DNA of 27,563 nt from Polyangiaceae bacterium. GTDB lineage: Bacteria; Myxococcota_A; Polyangia; Polyangiales; Polyangiaceae. Location: assembly GCA_044222475.1 (NCBI GenBank), contig JBGANF010000106.1, positions 1 through 27,563 on the forward strand, in the 5' to 3' direction. The notes under the pieces were generated by a model. The model was given only the letters and a program-made list of their open reading frames with translations, made no database searches and had not been told where the DNA came from. Both the position numbers and the translations under genes were made by a program. This document shows, one piece after another, positions 1-7,269 of this stretch; within the stretch, counting starts at the first letter, position 1; the number at the start of each line of letters is the position of its first letter.

Positions 1-164
1 CCGCTTCCGCTTCCGCTTCCGCTTCCGCTTCCGCTTCCGCTTCCGCTTCCGCTTCCGCTTCCGCTTCCGCTTCCGCTTCCGCTTCCGCTTCCGCTTCCGC
101 TTCCGCTTCCGCATCCGCTTCCGCTTCCGCTTCCGCTTCCGCTTCCGCTTCCGCTTCCGCTTCC
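1..164. repeat. Hexanucleotide tandem repeat (CCGCTT)n, 27 full units, truncated by the window start
   Basis: Units run 1-162 plus CC. One variant unit (CCGCAT) at 109-114. Confidence 0.98.
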
Positions 165-192
165 TTGACGGGCAGGCTCTCGTGGTTAATAT
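165..192 (+). promoter_or_regulatory. Putative sigma70-type promoter of the RAYT-like gene
   Basis: TTGACG (165-170), 16-nt spacer, TAATAT (187-192), ending 12 nt before ATG 205. This is an AT-rich patch in GC-rich DNA, and the -35 box abuts the microsatellite. Confidence 0.55.
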
Positions 193-204
193 CTGCCATA
201 ATTC

Positions 205-882
205 ATGAGCCGCCCTCGCCAGCTCTCGCTCGCCTTCGAGGAGCCCCGGCCGAAAGGTCGCCGCGGGGTCGGCCGTCCTCGGAAGAAGGGCTCCGTCTCG
301 CATCGAGCGCGTCCGGCCTTCGACGGGGGCCGCAGCCCGGTGCACGTCACGCTGCGCATGGCGCGCACCACGCCGAACCTGCGGAGCCAGCGCGGTTTCC
401 GCTGCGTGGAGCACGCCCTGCGCGAAGAGGAACGCCGCGGCGAGCTGCGCGTCGTTCACTACTCGGTGCAGGGAAACCACGTGCACCTCGTCGTCGAGGC
501 CGACGATCGCGTCGTTCTCTCGCGCCGCATGCAGGGCTTCTCGATTCGCCTCGCCAAGCGCATCAACCGCGACGTGATGCGGCGCCGGCGCGGCACCGTG
601 CTCGGCCAGCGTTACCACGCGCGCGTGCTTTCGACCCCGTCCGAGGTACGTCACGCCATCGCGTACGTCCTGTTCAACCACGCGCACCACGTGAAGACGA
701 CCGAGCGCGGCCTGCTCGACCCGTATTCGTCGGCGCGCCTCGAGACACACTTCGGGCACGAGGTCCGCATCCCAAAATGGTCACCCGGAACCGGCCCGCC
801 GCCGGTGAGCGCGCCGAGCCTCTGGGTGCTTCGTACCGGCTATCGACGCGCGGGGCGCATCACGAACGTGTTCGCGAGCTGA
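205..882 (+). CDS. REP-associated tyrosine transposase-like (RAYT / IS200 Y1_Tnp) HUH endonuclease, 225 aa
   Basis: PVHVTLR N-terminal strand, HUH motif NHVHLVVE (His codons 478, 484), catalytic YxxxN (YVLFN, Tyr codon 664) and a downstream DPYSSA motif typical of RAYTs. Confidence 0.85.
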   Translation: MSRPRQLSLAFEEPRPKGRRGVGRPRKKGSVSHRARPAFDGGRSPVHVTLRMARTTPNLRSQRGFRCVEHALREEERRGELRVVHYSVQGNHVHLVVEADDRVVLSRRMQGFSIRLAKRINRDVMRRRRGTVLGQRYHARVLSTPSEVRHAIAYVLFNHAHHVKTTERGLLDPYSSARLETHFGHEVRIPKWSPGTGPPPVSAPSLWVLRTGYRRAGRITNVFAS

Positions 883-895
883 AACGCAGAGACGG

Positions 896-1294
896 TCAGG
901 CGCAGACGCAGGTCACTTCGCGGCCGTTCGCCATGCAGCCGTCGGTCTTCGGCGAGCAGTAGGGCGGCGGCGGCGTGCACGGGTTCTGCTGACAGCCGGG
1001 GCCGTTGGGACAGTTCGCCGGGGTGAAACCCGGCGGGCACGCGCCACCGTCTTCGGGCAGCGGCAGGCACTGCGGCGGTGCGCCGCCGCAGCACGGGTGG
1101 ATGCAGTAGTCGGTGCCCTGGCAGATCACCTTGCCGCACGCGAGCGGCCCGGCCTCGACCGCGCCGTCCTTCGAGCTCGCGTCACCCGCGTCGTCCGCGG
1201 AGGCGTCCTTGGATTCGAGCGTCCCTCCGCCACACGCGGCGGTGGCGAGAGCGAGGAGAGATGCGAGACCGAGGGCGAGGGAAGTCGTCTTCAT
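896..1294 (-). CDS. Small Cys-rich lipoprotein, 132 aa
   Basis: Signal peptide with lipobox TAAC, a DAS/DAG linker and a C-terminal Cys/Pro-rich domain. Confidence 0.8.
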   Translation of the reverse strand: MKTTSLALGLASLLALATAACGGGTLESKDASADDAGDASSKDGAVEAGPLACGKVICQGTDYCIHPCCGGAPPQCLPLPEDGGACPPGFTPANCPNGPGCQQNPCTPPPPYCSPKTDGCMANGREVTCVCA

Positions 1295-1309
1295 GGCGGC
1301 GCGCGTGTT

Positions 1310-1325
1310 TGCAAGCGTCGTGCCT
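1310..1325 (-). promoter_or_regulatory. sigma54 (-24/-12) promoter
   Basis: Minus strand reads AGGCAC-GACGC-TTGCA, matching TGGCAC-N5-TTGCW, 15 nt upstream of ATG 1294. Confidence 0.7.
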
Positions 1326-1382
1326 CGCAGAAAACCGAGTGTTCGCGCGCACGACGTGTGCCGGCGTGTGCCAGCGCGCCGC

Positions 1383-2144
1383 TCACGACCCGTCGATGCA
1401 GAGCTCCACGGTGTTGATGATCAGGTTCGACGAGTTGGGTCCGGCGTAGAAACGAATCCCCGTCAGCCCCGGCGAGTCGCCGACCTTCACGCCCGCGAAG
1501 TCGATCGTCGTCCACGCGTACGGCCACGCGTTCGACACGGAGTTCGTGGGCGACGGGTTGTCGCCGTAGAGCGGCGACCACGCGTTGAAGCTCCCGCTCG
1601 TCGTCGTGTTGTAGCTGCGACCGTACATGCTCAGCGTCGCCTTCTTGATCTGCGTGAGGCCCACCACGCTGTAGCGGATCAAGATCCAGTTGCCGCTGCC
1701 GATGTTGATGCCGCCGCCGTGGATCGAGTCGGCCCAGCTCGCCGAGTTCGGGTACGCCGGCACCGCCTCCCAGTTGCTCTTGTCGGGGAGCGAGTACACG
1801 TCGGTGATCGCGCTCGTCGACCCGTTGTAGTGGAACTTCCACGCGATCCATCCCGGGCCGTGCGTGCATGGCGGGCCGAGCAGCGGCGGGCCGCCCGAGT
1901 CCTTCGCCGCGTCCGCGCCGCCGCCATCCGAGGGCGGGAGTGAGCCGCCATCGTCCGGCACCGTCGCGTCGGTCGCCGTCGGGCCACCGTCCTTCGCGCC
2001 GTCCGTCTTCCCTGCATCGGTCGACGTCGCCGCGTCGTCCGTCCCCGGTCCTCCGTCGTCCAGACGGAAACCGGCGTTCATCGCGCAACCCGCCGAACCG
2101 AGCGACAGGCCGACCACGAGCGAAACGAGGAGAACGGACCGCAT
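1383..2144 (-). CDS. Lipoprotein with a beta-rich, aromatic C-terminal domain (possibly carbohydrate-binding), 253 aa
   Basis: Start reassigned to ATG 2144 (MRSVLLVSLVVGLSLGSAGC, lipobox SAGC). The longer ORF overlaps ileS. Confidence 0.8.
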   Translation of the reverse strand: MRSVLLVSLVVGLSLGSAGCAMNAGFRLDDGGPGTDDAATSTDAGKTDGAKDGGPTATDATVPDDGGSLPPSDGGGADAAKDSGGPPLLGPPCTHGPGWIAWKFHYNGSTSAITDVYSLPDKSNWEAVPAYPNSASWADSIHGGGINIGSGNWILIRYSVVGLTQIKKATLSMYGRSYNTTTSGSFNAWSPLYGDNPSPTNSVSNAWPYAWTTIDFAGVKVGDSPGLTGIRFYAGPNSSNLIINTVELCIDGS

Positions 2145-2202
2145 GCCGCACGTCGTACGAAGGGAGCCAGCCGAACATTCCCCCGTGCTAAAACCCGCCA
2201 CC

Positions 2203-5200
2203 ATGGCCGCGTTCGAGAAGGTGCCCAGCGAGATGAACTTTCCCCTCGAGGAGAAGAAGATCCTCGAGTTCTGGCGGGAGAAGGGGATCTTCCGGAAGTC
2301 GCTGGCCCAGAGCGCCGGCAAGCCTCCCTTCGTCTTCTACGAGGGGCCGCCCACCGCCAACGGCCTGCCCCACAACGGCCACGTCCTCACCCGCGTGATG
2401 AAGGACATCTTCCCCCGCTACAAGACGATGCGCGGCTACCACGTCGGGCGCAAAGCCGGGTGGGACACGCACGGTCTTCCGGTCGAAGTCGAGGTCGAGA
2501 AGGAGCTCCGCATCCACGGCAAGGCCGCCATCGAGGAGTACGGAGTCGAGCCGTTCATTGCAAAGTGCATCGACTCGGTCTTCCGCTACACGTCCGAGTG
2601 GGAGCAGCTCACCGATCGCATCGCGTTCTGGGTCGATCTCGACGACGCCTACGTCACCTACCACAAGAGCTTCGTCGAGAGCGTCTGGTGGGCCCTCTCC
2701 GAGCTCTTCCAGAAGGGCCTGCTCTACCAAGGGCACAAGGTCGTGTGGTGGTGGGCCCAGGGTGGGACCGCGCTCAGCGCGGCCGAGGTCGGGCAGGGCT
2801 ACAAGCCGGTCGACGATCCGAGCGTGTACGTGCGCTTCAAGCTTCGCGGCGAAGCCGGCACGTCGCTCGTCGCGTGGACGACGACCCCGTGGACGCTCCC
2901 GTCGAACATGTACGCCGCGGTCAAGCCCGACCTCGACTACGTCGTCGTGAAGCACGGCGACGAGAAGCTCGTCGTCGCCGCGGGCCTGCGCGAGGCGCTC
3001 GCGAAGAAGCTCAAGACGGAGCTCGTCGTCGAGCGCACGCTCAAGGGCTCGAAGATGGAGGGCTGGGAGTACGACCCGCCGTTCACGACGTACTCGCAGT
3101 CGCTGCGCGGCACGAAGCCGGCGTGGAAGGTCGTCCTCGCGGATTTCGTCACCCTCGACACCGGCACCGGCATCGTCCACGTCGCGCCCGCCTTCGGCGA
3201 GGACGACTATGGCGTGCTCAAGACCGAGCTCGCCGCAAAGCGCTGGCCCGCCGACGAAGGCCCCATCTGCGCGATCGGACCGGACGGGAAGTTCCTCCCC
3301 GACTTCGGCGACACGGTGGAGCCCAAGCTCACCGGCGTGTGGGTCAAGGACGCCGACAAGCCCCTCATCGAGAAGCTGTCCCAAAGTGGTACGTTGCTCC
3401 ACAAGGAGCAGTACCGCCACGACTACCCGTTCTGCCCGCGCGCCGATCAGGACCCGCTCATCCAGTTCGCCCGCCCGGCTTGGTACATCCGCACGACCGA
3501 GAAGATCGACCAGGCGATCGCGAACAGCCGCGCCGTCCAGTGGATGCCGGAGCACATCAAGGAAGGCCGCATGGGCGACTTCCTCGGCAACAACGTCGAC
3601 TGGGCGCTCTCGCGCGAGCGCTACTGGGGCACGCCGCTCAACATCTGGATCAACGACGTCACCGGGAAGATGGAAGCGCCGCCCTCGGTGGACGCGATCC
3701 TGAAGAAGAACCCGAAGGCGTTCGATCACTTCCACGAAGCGCGGAAAAAGGACCCGAAGCTCAACGAGCACCTCATCGTCCACAAGCCGTGGATCGATCA
3801 GGTCACCTGGCAGAACCCGGGTGAAGAGGGCACCTACCGCCGCGTCCCCGAGGTCATCGACTGCTGGTTCGACTCGGGTTGCATGCCGTTCGCCCAGTGG
3901 GGCTTCCCCCACGCGCCCGGCAGCGTCGAGAAGTTCCGCGAGAACTTCCCGGCGAACTTCATCAGCGAGGCGATCGACCAGACGCGCGGGTGGTTCTACT
4001 CGCTCCTCATGATCTCGACGCTCGTCTTCGACGACGAGTGCCAGAAGCGCTTCGGCGTCGCGAAGCCGCACCCCCATCCGTACGAGACGTGCATCGTCCT
4101 CGGTCACGTCTGCGACAAGGAGGGGAAGAAGGAGTCGAAGTCGAAGGGCAACTACACCCCGCCGGAGATCGTCTTCGACGAGGTCAAGATGGACTTCGCC
4201 GTCGTCTCCGGCAAAGCGGAGGCCGGCAAGGTCTTCGTCGCCCAGGAAGACCTCGACGGGCTCGACCTGCAGCCCGGCGCCAAGGTCACGGTCAAGGGAC
4301 CGAAGGGCTCCGTCACGCTGGCGGCGACGCCGCAGAAGGGTCTCCGCCGCCGCGTCGCGATCGTCACCGACGCCGACCTCGCCACCGTCGGCGCCAAGCC
4401 GACGACCAAGGCCAACCCGATGCCGGCCGAGGTCCCGCGTCTACCGGCCGACGAACGCGTCGCCCTCTGCGATCCGACCACGCCGGCGCCCGGCGCCGAC
4501 GCGTTCCGCTGGTTCTTCTACGCGGCGAGCCCGCCGTGGTCGAACACGCGCCACTCGCTGTCGAACGTGCGCACGCTCCAGAAGGAGTTCCTCGTCAAGC
4601 TGCGCAACACGTACAGCTTCTTCGTCATCTACGCGAACATCGACGGCTGGGACCCGCTCGACCGCCCCAGCCACGATCCCGCCTTCACCGAGCTGGATCG
4701 CTGGATCTCGAGCGAGCTCGCGCTCACCGCGCAGGGCGTCACGAAGGACCTCGACGGATACGACGTCTACGCGGCCACCCAGAAGCTCATCGCCTTCGTC
4801 GACGCGCTCTCCAACTGGTACGTGCGCCGCTCGCGGTCGCGCTTCTGGAAGAGCGGCATGGACGCGGACAAGACCGCCGCCTACCAGACGCTCTACGGCG
4901 CGCTCGTGACGCTCTCCAAGCTCGTCGCGCCGTTCACGCCGTACGCGGCCGAGGACATGTACCAGAACCTCGTGCGCCGGCCTCGTCCGGCCGAGCCCGA
5001 GAGCGTGCACCTCGTGCCGTGGCCGACGTTCGAGGGCGTCCCGGTGGACGCGGCGCTCTCGGCGAAGATGCGCGCCGTGCGCGAGCTCGTGTCGCTCGGT
5101 CTCTCGGTGCGCACGAACGCGAAGCTCAAGGTGCGCCAGCCGCTCCGCGCGGCCCACGTGATCCTGAGCCAACCGAAGCTCGAGGCCGACGTCGCGCGCG

Positions 5201-5826
5201 CGGCCGACATGATCAAGGAGGAGCTCAACGTGCAGGACGTGCGCTTCGTCCCGCCGGAGCGCGGTCGCGACTTCGTCGAGTACCAGCTCAAGCCGAACTT
5301 CCGCACCCTCGGCCAGCGAGGCCTCGGCAAGGAAGCGCAGAAGCTCAAGGCGACGATGGGGGCGCTTCCGAAGGAGAAGGCGGGCGAGCTCTACCTCGAG
5401 CTGCTCGCCAAGGGCGAGATCGAGATCGACGGGGTGAAGCTCTCGCCCGACGACGTCGAAGTGTCTCTCGCGACGAAGGAAGGCTTCGCCGCGTCGGGCG
5501 CGCGCGTCGGCGTCGTGGCCCTCGAGACCACGCTCGACGACGAGCTCCGCGAGCTCGGGTTCCTCCGCGAGCTCCAGAGCAAGGTCCAAGCAGCTCGCAA
5601 GGAGATCGGGCTCGATTTCGCCGACCGCATCACCCTGGTGTTCGACGCGCCGGGTGCGCGGGCCGATGGAGTACTTGCAAAATACACGGAAGCGCTCGCC
5701 GCCGAGGTCCTCGCGACCCGGGTGGACCGCGGCACCGCTGCCTCGGGCGCGCGCGCGTTCGAGGTCGACGTCGACGGCGAGCCCGTCCGCTTCGCGATCT
5801 CGCTCAGTGCAAAGAACGAGGCGTAG
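2203..5826 (+). CDS. ileS: Isoleucine--tRNA ligase, type 2 (IleRS2), 1207 aa, with an internal insertion
   Basis: FYEGPPTANGLPHNGH (HIGH), GWDTHGLPVE, WTTTPWTLPSN editing motif, GTGIVH, DWALSRERYWGTP, DQTRGWFY, KESKS (KMSKS), LSNWYVRRSR and a type-2 C-terminal domain without the zinc finger. Start reassigned to ATG 2203. Confidence 0.97.
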   Translation: MAAFEKVPSEMNFPLEEKKILEFWREKGIFRKSLAQSAGKPPFVFYEGPPTANGLPHNGHVLTRVMKDIFPRYKTMRGYHVGRKAGWDTHGLPVEVEVEKELRIHGKAAIEEYGVEPFIAKCIDSVFRYTSEWEQLTDRIAFWVDLDDAYVTYHKSFVESVWWALSELFQKGLLYQGHKVVWWWAQGGTALSAAEVGQGYKPVDDPSVYVRFKLRGEAGTSLVAWTTTPWTLPSNMYAAVKPDLDYVVVKHGDEKLVVAAGLREALAKKLKTELVVERTLKGSKMEGWEYDPPFTTYSQSLRGTKPAWKVVLADFVTLDTGTGIVHVAPAFGEDDYGVLKTELAAKRWPADEGPICAIGPDGKFLPDFGDTVEPKLTGVWVKDADKPLIEKLSQSGTLLHKEQYRHDYPFCPRADQDPLIQFARPAWYIRTTEKIDQAIANSRAVQWMPEHIKEGRMGDFLGNNVDWALSRERYWGTPLNIWINDVTGKMEAPPSVDAILKKNPKAFDHFHEARKKDPKLNEHLIVHKPWIDQVTWQNPGEEGTYRRVPEVIDCWFDSGCMPFAQWGFPHAPGSVEKFRENFPANFISEAIDQTRGWFYSLLMISTLVFDDECQKRFGVAKPHPHPYETCIVLGHVCDKEGKKESKSKGNYTPPEIVFDEVKMDFAVVSGKAEAGKVFVAQEDLDGLDLQPGAKVTVKGPKGSVTLAATPQKGLRRRVAIVTDADLATVGAKPTTKANPMPAEVPRLPADERVALCDPTTPAPGADAFRWFFYAASPPWSNTRHSLSNVRTLQKEFLVKLRNTYSFFVIYANIDGWDPLDRPSHDPAFTELDRWISSELALTAQGVTKDLDGYDVYAATQKLIAFVDALSNWYVRRSRSRFWKSGMDADKTAAYQTLYGALVTLSKLVAPFTPYAAEDMYQNLVRRPRPAEPESVHLVPWPTFEGVPVDAALSAKMRAVRELVSLGLSVRTNAKLKVRQPLRAAHVILSQPKLEADVARAADMIKEELNVQDVRFVPPERGRDFVEYQLKPNFRTLGQRGLGKEAQKLKATMGALPKEKAGELYLELLAKGEIEIDGVKLSPDDVEVSLATKEGFAASGARVGVVALETTLDDELRELGFLRELQSKVQAARKEIGLDFADRITLVFDAPGARADGVLAKYTEALAAEVLATRVDRGTAASGARAFEVDVDGEPVRFAISLSAKNEA

Positions 5827-5932
5827 CGCCTTCGTCAAGCTTTTCCGATGCGCGGAGCGGCGATTCTGATGGGCATCATGTCGTGCGTCGATCGACGCGA
5901 ACCAGCGCGCGCGCTCTGCTATCGTCGCAGAC

Positions 5933-7234
5933 GTGGGTAGGTCCAACGTGTCGAAGCGCGCGGTCGAACAGCGCGGCGCAACGTCGGCGAAAGCACCGAC
6001 GAGCGCGCCGCTCGCGCGCACCGATCTCGTCGGAAAAGTCGCTCGCGAGCGCTTCGAAGAAGAGATCACGCGCGCAGTCGACCGCCGAGGTGCCGGCGAA
6101 GCGAAGCTCGCCGGCGCGATCCGCGCGGTCCTCCCGCTGAGCGCGCCGCTCCGCGCCCAAGTGGGCGAGACGCTCCGCCTGTTCGTCAAGCGACGCACCG
6201 TCTCCCGCGAGCTCTACACCGGCGGCATTCGCGCCCTCGCCGAGCTGGCCGATCCCAAGGCCAAGGAGATCGTGGCGGGCGCGCTCCTCCTCGAAGAGGC
6301 CGGCGGTCCGGCGACCCTCGGCGCTGCCGCGCTGTCGAGCGCACCGGAGCTGCGGCCGCTCCTCTCGAAGATCGCCGCCGGCAACAAGTCGCACGTCTCG
6401 TTCGCCGCCGAGGTCGCGCGAGTCGTGCGCGGTGAGGCCAACGGCACCCACCTCGCGGCGCTCGCCCCGATGATCAAGGAGAGCCACCGGATCGCGCTCT
6501 GCACCGAGCTCTTCCTCCCGCTGTCGCGCGGCGCCGCGGCGCCTCGCACGATCGCACCCGCGCTCGCCCTGCTCAGCGAGGCCGAGCGCCACCTCGGTCG
6601 CTGGCTCGTCTTCGCCGAGGTCGTCACCAAGACCGGAGACGGCTCGTTGCTCGACCTCGCGACGTCGCGCGCCGCCACCGGACCGGCGAGCTCCCGCTCG
6701 GCGTGGGAGCTCGTTCGTTGGGCCCTCGAGCAGGTCGCGGCGAGCCAACGAGGAGCGCCGGTGCCCGTGCCTCCGCCCACGCGTCCCACCGTCGAGCTCG
6801 TCGCGCGGCTCTCCGATCGGCCGAGCGCCGATCGCGATCTCGCGTTCCTCTTCCGCCTCGCGCAGGCGCGCGCCGCCGCAGCCAAGCCCATGCTCGACGC
6901 GGTCCACAAGCAAGCAGCCCTCGGCGACGACGGCGGGATTCGCGCTGCGCTCTACCTCGCGCGCGATCACGGCCGTGACGACCTCGTGGCCGCGCTCGTC
7001 GCGGTCGCGGGCGGGTCGAAGAAAGAGGAGCTCCGCGGTCCGGCCGCGGCTGCACTGTGGGACCTCGGGCGGAGAGAGGAAGCGCTCGCCGTCGTCGACG
7101 AGCTTGCGAGCTCGCGCATCCTCGCCAACGTCGCGTGGTCGGTTTTGCTTCGTGCGGCCCAGCTCCGCGGCGCGCACGAAGATCTCGCGACGGAGGCGCA
7201 TTTCCGCTGGCTCTCTCACGGCTCAGTGGAGTAG
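5933..7234 (+). CDS. Hypothetical Ala/Leu-rich helical protein with HEAT-like C-terminal repeats
   Basis: Long ORF with GC3-biased codons and HEAT-like segments (IRAALYLAR; LRGPAAAALWDLG). The start may be GTG 5933 or GTG 5948. Confidence 0.7.
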   Translation: MGRSNVSKRAVEQRGATSAKAPTSAPLARTDLVGKVARERFEEEITRAVDRRGAGEAKLAGAIRAVLPLSAPLRAQVGETLRLFVKRRTVSRELYTGGIRALAELADPKAKEIVAGALLLEEAGGPATLGAAALSSAPELRPLLSKIAAGNKSHVSFAAEVARVVRGEANGTHLAALAPMIKESHRIALCTELFLPLSRGAAAPRTIAPALALLSEAERHLGRWLVFAEVVTKTGDGSLLDLATSRAATGPASSRSAWELVRWALEQVAASQRGAPVPVPPPTRPTVELVARLSDRPSADRDLAFLFRLAQARAAAAKPMLDAVHKQAALGDDGGIRAALYLARDHGRDDLVAALVAVAGGSKKEELRGPAAAALWDLGRREEALAVVDELASSRILANVAWSVLLRAAQLRGAHEDLATEAHFRWLSHGSVE

Positions 7235-7263
7235 CGCGCGGAGTAGCGCGCGGAGTAGCGCTC
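7228..7263. repeat. 12-bp unit GGAGTAGCGCGC x3 at a gene junction
   Basis: Copies at 7228-7239, 7240-7251 and 7252-7263 (last is GGAGTAGCGCTC). Confidence 0.85.
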
Positions 7264-7269
7264 GGCGCG

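Noticed and set aside
1..164. CRISPR array, telomere or coding low-complexity tract
   Set aside because: There are no spacers. No evidence for a linear end is available from the window. All frames give dipeptide repeats without a convincing adjoining CDS, although a CDS entering from outside the window cannot be excluded.
205..882. Autonomous IS200/IS605 element
   Set aside because: No tnpB and no subterminal hairpin ends are visible; the length and C-terminal motifs fit RAYT better.
2145..2202. T-box riboswitch upstream of ileS
   Set aside because: Only 58 bp of divergent intergenic space and no T-box consensus.
1864..2202. N-terminal extension of IleRS in the ORF track (and similar extensions at 11814-11912, 13849-14331, 7057-7269)
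   Set aside because: These overlap neighbouring genes; the downstream starts give proper family N-termini or signal peptides.
4183..4491. Intein in ileS
   Set aside because: No N-terminal Cys/Ser block or C-terminal His-Asn followed by Cys/Ser/Thr.
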